Assembly: GCA_947624765.1 (NCBI GenBank)
Contig: CANQLS010000004.1
Location: forward strand, 1 to 20,978
Origin: an uncultured Clostridia bacterium
Lineage (GTDB): Bacteria; Bacillota; Clostridia; TANB77; UBA1234
Length of the DNA: 20,978 bases
Direction: 5' to 3'
Position numbers and translations under genes: made by a program. Shown piece by piece: positions 15,916-20,978 of the stretch. A model generated the notes under the pieces. That model saw nothing but the letters and a program-made list of their open reading frames with translations. It did not search any database and was not told the origin of the DNA. Every line of letters begins with the position of its first letter. Position 1 is the first letter of the stretch.

Positions 15916-16418
15916 AAAAGATAGCACTTTGCTTTATGATTATGACTTTATTTCTATTAGGAAGTTGTGTATTAGCTACAGAAGGTGAAACAGAAGATGA
16001 TGCACATATACCTTCTATGTCGGTTGAAGAATTTGTTATTATGACACAAGCAAAACAGGCTAAGGTAGATATTATTAAGAAAAACAACGTTGAAATGCAA
16101 GACTTAAAAGAAGAATTAAAAGAAAAAATTGTAAAGGCAGCAGAGAAGATTAATGCAATGAAAATTGAAATATCGCAAAATACTGTAGTTATAACAGAAG
16201 AACAGTTATCAGAATTAAAAGAACTCTTGCAATTTTTACAAGATTCGAAAGATACACTAGAAGTAGATGTAGAACGAACTTTAAGTGATATTGATAAAAT
16301 TTTAGATTTAATAGTAACAAAAGGTATGCAATTAGAACAATATGATAAATTGATAGAAAAACAAAATGATGTAATTGTGAAAATGAAAACAGTAATGGCT
16401 ACGGTGGAAAAAATATAA
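15912..16418 (+). CDS. putative coiled-coil lipoprotein, function unknown
   Basis: GTG 15912 overlaps the previous stop (GTGA). The signal peptide is MKKIALCFMIMTLFLLGSC, with a lipobox-like LGSC. The mature part is helical and K/E-rich and contains ITEEQLSELKELLQ. The 189-aa ORF on the opposite strand is its shadow. Confidence 0.65.
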   Translation: MKKIALCFMIMTLFLLGSCVLATEGETEDDAHIPSMSVEEFVIMTQAKQAKVDIIKKNNVEMQDLKEELKEKIVKAAEKINAMKIEISQNTVVITEEQLSELKELLQFLQDSKDTLEVDVERTLSDIDKILDLIVTKGMQLEQYDKLIEKQNDVIVKMKTVMATVEKI

Positions 16419-16428
16419 GGAGAATACA

Positions 16429-17337
16429 ATGGGGTTTTTTGAAAAATTAAAACAGGGATTAACTAAAACAAAAGAAGCAATAAGTAATCAAATTAATAAT
16501 GTATTTAGTAATTTTAGAAAAGTAGACGAGGAGTTGCTTGAAGAACTAGAAGAAGCTTTAATTATGTCAGATGTAGGTGTAGAAACATCTGTAAAGATTA
16601 TTGATAATCTAAGAAATAGAATTAAATTAGAAAAAGTAGAAGATGCCGATAAGGTAAAAGAAGTTTTAAAAGAAGAAATCGCAAAGATTTTAAGTGAAAA
16701 AGATACAACACTTCATTTAGAAAATACGCCGGCTGTTATCTTAGTAGTTGGTGTAAATGGAGCAGGTAAGACTACGTCTATAGGTAAAATGGCAGCTAAT
16801 TTAAAAGCTGACGGGAAAAAAGTTTTAGTTGCAGCTGCAGATACATTTAGGGCTGCAGCAATTGATCAATTAGAGGTTTGGACTAACCGCGCACAAGTCG
16901 ATTTATTAAAACGTCCAGAAGGCTCTGATCCTGCATCTGTTGTATTTGATGCTGCAAGAAAAGCTAAAGAAGATAATTATGATGTTTTAATTGTAGACAC
17001 AGCAGGAAGGCTTCATAGTAAGAAAAATTTAATGGACGAATTAGGAAAAATGCAACGAGTGTTAGAAAAAGAATTACCAACTTCTTCACAAGAGGTACTT
17101 ATTGTGTTAGACGGTACAACGGGCCAAAATGCTCTAATACAAGCGAAAGAATTTGCTGAAGTAACAAATATTACAGGAATTATTTTAACAAAATTAGACG
17201 GTACTGCAAAAGGTGGTGTAGTAATAGGGATTTGTTCCGAATTAAATATGCCAGTTAAATTCATTGGAGTAGGAGAGCAAATTTCAGATTTGCAAGTATT
17301 TAATCCAAAAGATTTTGCAAATGCATTGTTAGAATAA
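16429..17337 (+). CDS. ftsY: signal recognition particle receptor FtsY
   Basis: NG domain with GVNGAGKTT (G1), DTAGR (G3) and TKLDG (G4). The short N-terminus is typical of Firmicutes. The SD is AAGGAG. Confidence 0.95.
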   Translation: MGFFEKLKQGLTKTKEAISNQINNVFSNFRKVDEELLEELEEALIMSDVGVETSVKIIDNLRNRIKLEKVEDADKVKEVLKEEIAKILSEKDTTLHLENTPAVILVVGVNGAGKTTSIGKMAANLKADGKKVLVAAADTFRAAAIDQLEVWTNRAQVDLLKRPEGSDPASVVFDAARKAKEDNYDVLIVDTAGRLHSKKNLMDELGKMQRVLEKELPTSSQEVLIVLDGTTGQNALIQAKEFAEVTNITGIILTKLDGTAKGGVVIGICSELNMPVKFIGVGEQISDLQVFNPKDFANALLE

Positions 17338-17354
17338 ATTGAAAAGAATTGTTA

Positions 17355-17388
17355 AAAATACTCATTAGGTGATTTAATGAGTATTTTT
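17355..17388 (+). terminator. 12-bp hairpin after ftsY that contains the SD and start codon of the next gene (terminator-like / translational control)
   Basis: AAAATACTCATT (17355-17366) pairs perfectly with AATGAGTATTTT (17376-17387). The loop AGGTGATTT carries the SD. ATG 17377 lies in the 3' arm, and the T run forms part of the stem. Confidence 0.5.
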
Positions 17389-17658
17389 CATAGTAAATTA
17401 GAAAAGAAGATTGATAAACTCTCTCAAAAAATTGAGATGATAAAAATAAATGAATATGTATTATTAATGCAGGATACAAAAAAACTTCTATGGAAAAATT
17501 TTTTAGCAGGAATAAGTAGAGGAATTGGTTCAGCAATTGGTTTTACTATTTTAGGTGCAATAGTATTACTTATTTTGCGAAAGCTTGTATTACTTAACAT
17601 ACCTGTCATTGGTAATTTTATAAAAGACATTATTGAAATTGTGGAGCAAAGAAAATAA
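17377..17658 (+). CDS. small membrane protein, DUF5665-like
   Basis: The 93-aa product contains NFLAGISRGIGSAIGFTILGAIVLLIL, a pattern I associate with DUF5665 proteins of Firmicutes. One or two TM helices. Confidence 0.65.
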   Translation: MSIFHSKLEKKIDKLSQKIEMIKINEYVLLMQDTKKLLWKNFLAGISRGIGSAIGFTILGAIVLLILRKLVLLNIPVIGNFIKDIIEIVEQRK

Positions 17659-17680
17659 TGTACGACTTGGTCAAAACATA

Positions 17681-17709
17681 TTATCAAAATATTGGTATTA
17701 TGATATACT
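17681..17709 (+). promoter_or_regulatory. promoter with extended -10 for acyl-CoA synthetase paralog 2
   Basis: TTATCA (17681-17686), a 17-nt spacer ending in TGA, then TATACT (17704-17709). This gives TGaTATACT. Confidence 0.45.
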
Positions 17710-17741
17710 AATACAAACATTCCAAATTTGAGGAGGAATAT

Positions 17742-19442
17742 ATGAAAAAAAATTTGTCCGTTATGGAGCCAGATAAATTTGATAATATGAAAGAATTAAT
17801 ACAAAATACAGTCAAAAAGTATCCTAATGATTTAGCCTTCAAATTGAAAATTAAAGATGGTAAATATCGTGAAATTACATATACAGAGTTTTATGAAAAT
17901 ATAGTATCATTTGGAGCATATCTTTTGGAAAAAGGTTATCAAGGTAAAAAGATAGCTTTGATTGGAAGAAATCGTTATGAATGGCTTCTTTCATATTTTG
18001 CAACACTTTGTGGTGTAGGAATTATCGTGCCTTTAGATAAAGGTCTTCCGCCTCAAGAAATTTCTTCTTCACTTAAGCGTAGCAATTGTGAAGTTATAAT
18101 TTTCGAATCTAAATATGAAGAAGTTATGAAAAATATTAAAGAAAATGAAAATACTACCGTAAAAGAATTTATTTGCATGGACGATAAAACAGAATTCATG
18201 CCTATTTCACGTTGCTTAGAAGAAGGAAGAAAATTATCACATAAAAAGTATTTAAATCAAAAAATAGATTCTGATGCACCAACTATTCATTTATATACTT
18301 CTGGAACTACTTCATCTTCAAAAGCAGTTATGCTTTCTCAAAAAAATGTAACTTCTAACGTAAGAGCTTTGTCATCTGCAGTAAAAAAACAAGAAAATGA
18401 TGTTGTAATTGCATTTTTACCTTTTCATCATACACTTGGTATGATAGGCACATTATATTGTTTGGCTTATGGAGTGCCACTTGTATTTTGTGATGGTTTA
18501 AGATACATTAAGCAAAACTTAGTTGAGTACGGTGTTACTGTATTTATATCAGTTCCACTTATTATTGAAAGTATGTATCAAAAAATTATGCAAGAGGTAG
18601 AGAAACAAGGAAAACTAAAAAAATTGAAATTTGGTATGATGATTTCAAAATTTTTGCAAAAGTTTGGAATTGATATAAGAAGAAAGTTATTTCAAGATGT
18701 TCTTAATGGCTTAGGCGGTAGATTAAGATTAATTGTAAATGGTGGAGCGGCAATTGAAAGAACTGCTTTGGAGGGCTTTAGAAATTTTGGTATAGAAACT
18801 TTGCAAGGCTATGGTTTAACTGAAACATCACCTATTTTAACTGTAGAGAGAATTGGAGAAACGAAACGCGACTCAGTAGGATATCCATTACCAGAGGTTG
18901 AAGTTGCAATTGAAAATCCAGATGAAAATGGTGTAGGCGAAATTAAAGCAAAAGGTCCTAACATTATGAAAGGCTATTATGAAAATGAAGAAATGACAAA
19001 TGAAGTATTAAAGGACGGTTGGTTTTATACAGGCGATTTGGGACGTATTGATAAAGATGGATTTTTATACATAACAGGCAGAAAGAAAAATGTTATTGTT
19101 TTGAAGAATGGAAAGAATGTATTTCCTGAAGAGTTAGAAACAGAATTATTGGGTTATCCTTATATTCTTGAAGCATTAGTTTATGATGTAATAGATAAAG
19201 AAAAAAATGTTACGCTAGGTGCAAAAATTGTATATAATAAGGAAATGTTTGCTGATAAAACGCCAGAAGAAATACAATCATTAATTTGGAAAGACATTAA
19301 AGATTTTAATAAAACAATGACAAACTATAAACATATTCAAGAAATTATTGTAACAGATGAACCAATGGAAAAGACTAGTACGAATAAGATTAAGAGATTT
19401 GTTGAGATAGAGAAGATTAGAAATTTAATGAATAATGGATAA
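17742..19442 (+). CDS. long-chain fatty acid-CoA ligase / AMP-dependent synthetase (paralog 2)
   Basis: Motifs LYTSGTTSSSK, GYGLTETSP and TGDLGRIDKDGFLYITGRKKN. The length is 566 aa. The SD is GAGGAGG. It is collinear with the 10328-12001 product over its full length. Confidence 0.9.
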   Translation: MKKNLSVMEPDKFDNMKELIQNTVKKYPNDLAFKLKIKDGKYREITYTEFYENIVSFGAYLLEKGYQGKKIALIGRNRYEWLLSYFATLCGVGIIVPLDKGLPPQEISSSLKRSNCEVIIFESKYEEVMKNIKENENTTVKEFICMDDKTEFMPISRCLEEGRKLSHKKYLNQKIDSDAPTIHLYTSGTTSSSKAVMLSQKNVTSNVRALSSAVKKQENDVVIAFLPFHHTLGMIGTLYCLAYGVPLVFCDGLRYIKQNLVEYGVTVFISVPLIIESMYQKIMQEVEKQGKLKKLKFGMMISKFLQKFGIDIRRKLFQDVLNGLGGRLRLIVNGGAAIERTALEGFRNFGIETLQGYGLTETSPILTVERIGETKRDSVGYPLPEVEVAIENPDENGVGEIKAKGPNIMKGYYENEEMTNEVLKDGWFYTGDLGRIDKDGFLYITGRKKNVIVLKNGKNVFPEELETELLGYPYILEALVYDVIDKEKNVTLGAKIVYNKEMFADKTPEEIQSLIWKDIKDFNKTMTNYKHIQEIIVTDEPMEKTSTNKIKRFVEIEKIRNLMNNG

Positions 19443-19479
19443 TTCATAATTTACTATATCTTTGGGGGGAATAAGAAAA

Positions 19480-20739
19480 ATGAAAATTGGTTTTGTGTCA
19501 TTAGGCTGTAGTAAAAATTTAGTTGATACAGAAAGAATGATAACATATTACAAAGAACAAGGTTATGAGGTGGTTAATATTCCACAAGAAGCAGATATTA
19601 TTGTGGTTAATACTTGTGGATTTATTGAAAGTGCAAAAAAAGAAGCAATTGATACAATTTTAGAAATGGCAGATTATAAAAATAATGGAAATTGTAAAAA
19701 GCTTATCGTGACAGGTTGTTTAGTGGAACGATATTATGAAGAACTACAAAAGGAATTACCAGAAGTAGATTTATTTATTCCGCTTCGTGATTATATGAAC
19801 GCTTTTCAAAATTTAGAAAAATATGAGAGGCAAATTACTACAGGAGAAAATTATGCATATCTTAAAATTGCAGAAGGATGTAGTAATAATTGTACATATT
19901 GTGCAATCCCGTTAATTAGAGGTCCTTATATTAGTAGACCGATGAATGATATTTTAGAAGAAGCAAAAACATTATCACAAAAAGGAATTCAAGAAATTAT
20001 TGTTATTGCACAGGACACAACTAAATATGGAATTGACTTATATGGAGAAAGTAAATTGCCTGAACTATTACAAGAGTTGTGCAAGTTTAATTTTAAATGG
20101 ATTCGTTTTTTATATGCTTATCCAGAAAGCATTACAGAAGAATTAATTCAAGTTGTAAAAAATAATCCAAAGATTTGCCATTACTTTGACATTCCTGTTC
20201 AACATATTTCTGACACTGTTTAGAAACGAATGAGTAGAAAAACGACAGGCGAAAGAATAAAAAATATTATTAAAAAAATACGTGAGGAAATTCCAGATGT
20301 TATTTTGAGAACATCATTAATAGTAGGTTTTCCTGGAGAAACTGAAGATGATTTTGAGGAATTAAAAAAATTTGTAAAAGATACAAAATGGGATAGATTA
20401 GGTGTATTTCCTTATTCAGCAGAAGATGGTACACCAGCAATAAAATTAAAAGAACATATTGATGATAAAACAAAACAAAAACGTTATCGTGAAATTATGC
20501 GAATACAAAAACGTATTTCTAATAAAAAGAATCAAGAGATGTTAGAAAAAGAATTATCTTGCATGATAGAAAATGAAACTGATGACGGAAAATATTATAT
20601 TGGAAGATCTTATCGTGATGTACCAGATGAAGATGGTGTAGTATTCATAAAAAAAGATAAAAAACATAAAAGTAAAGACTTTGTGAAAGTTCTAGTTACA
20701 GACTCAGCCGATTATGATTTAGTTGGTATTGAAAAGTAA
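19480..20739 (+). pseudogene. rimO: ribosomal protein S12 methylthiotransferase RimO interrupted by an in-frame TAG at 20221-20223
   Basis: MKIGFVSLGCSKN, NTCGF, TGCL, the radical-SAM motif CSNNCTYC and a C-terminal TRAM domain are all present. The two track ORFs are in the same frame, reading ...DIPVQHISDTV*KRMSRKTT. The TAG sits where family members have a conserved Leu (H.S...LK.M.R). Confidence 0.8.
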
Positions 20740-20795
20740 CATTGTTAATCAATTAAGAAAATATATTAATATATATGAAAGGAATGATTTTAAAA

Positions 20796-20978
20796 ATGAA
20801 TTTACCAAATAAGATTACTGTTTTTAGAATTCTATTAATACCTGTTATCATCATTGTTTCATTGATACCACAGACAAGTGTAGCCTTTTGGGGCATTACT
20901 TATTCTAATTTACTCATTTTAATATTATTTTTAATTGCTTCATTCACTGATTTTTTAGATGGATACTTGGCTAGAAAA
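20796..20978 (+). CDS. pgsA: CDP-diacylglycerol-glycerol-3-phosphate 3-phosphatidyltransferase, 5' part (runs off the window)
   Basis: Not in the ORF track because there is no stop within the window. MNLPNKITVFRILLIPV...FTDFLDGYLARK carries the start of the CDP-alcohol phosphotransferase motif D..DG..AR. In-frame ATGs at 20775 and 20784 are alternative starts. Confidence 0.85.
   Translation, partial: MNLPNKITVFRILLIPVIIIVSLIPQTSVAFWGITYSNLLILILFLIASFTDFLDGYLARK

Noticed and set aside
555-17720. Sixteen minus-strand ORFs in the track (for example 555..950, 3146..3448, 6871..7152, 14913..15260, 15860..16429, 17424..17720).
   Set aside because: Each lies antisense to a well-supported + strand gene. 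Their products are low-complexity and rich in Ser, Phe, Ile and Leu, as expected from reading K/E/N-rich AT-rich genes backwards. None has an SD or a recognisable motif.
10328-19442. The acyl-CoA synthetase paralogs as direct repeats of a mobile or recombining unit.
   Set aside because: The paralogs are diverged at the nucleotide level, with no long identical tracts. There is no transposase, integrase or terminal inverted repeats, and the enclosed genes include ftsY.
20221-20223. TAG in rimO as pyrrolysine or programmed readthrough.
   Set aside because: TAG terminates at least five other genes in the window. There are no pyl genes and no downstream PYLIS-like structure. The expected residue is Leu.

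Overview
AT-rich (about 30% GC by eye), Firmicutes/Clostridia-like chromosomal segment. Every gene I can support is on the + strand. All 16 minus-strand ORFs in the track look like shadow ORFs.

Left part (1-9600) is accessory-looking:
- a mosaic of aldo/keto reductase and flavodoxin-type gene fragments
- a RelB/ParD-like plus ParE/RelE toxin-antitoxin pair
- two GNAT acetyltransferases
- a carboxymuconolactone-decarboxylase (CMD) plus TetR operon with two clear palindromic operators
- an exported flavodoxin fused by deletion to a 5'-truncated amidohydrolase
- VanZ
- a frameshifted DUF3841 gene
- a small MazG-like NTP pyrophosphohydrolase
- an FprA-type flavodiiron protein
- a 318-aa K/E-rich coiled-coil protein

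Right part (9700-20978) looks core:
- TetR plus long-chain acyl-CoA synthetase
- an unrecognisable 249-aa helical protein
- an OmpR-type response regulator plus histidine kinase, followed by two translationally coupled envelope proteins
- ftsY
- a DUF5665-like membrane protein
- a second acyl-CoA synthetase paralog
- rimO interrupted by an in-frame TAG
- the 5' end of pgsA

I recognise no rRNA, tRNA, CRISPR array, transposase or integrase.

Best candidates for something undescribed:
1. The block 12043-16418: orphan protein, a roughly 400-bp leader with phased TTTACA repeats and a GC-rich hairpin/uORF, the two-component system, an acidic membrane protein and a coiled-coil lipoprotein with an LTXXQ-like motif.
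2. A roughly 90-100-nt dispersed repeat (1647-1735 and 6740-6839) that carries a gene 3' end plus a conserved intergenic element.

Disrupted genes are unusually dense: about 7 in 21 kb. All functional assignments come from motif and family recognition by eye. No database search was run.
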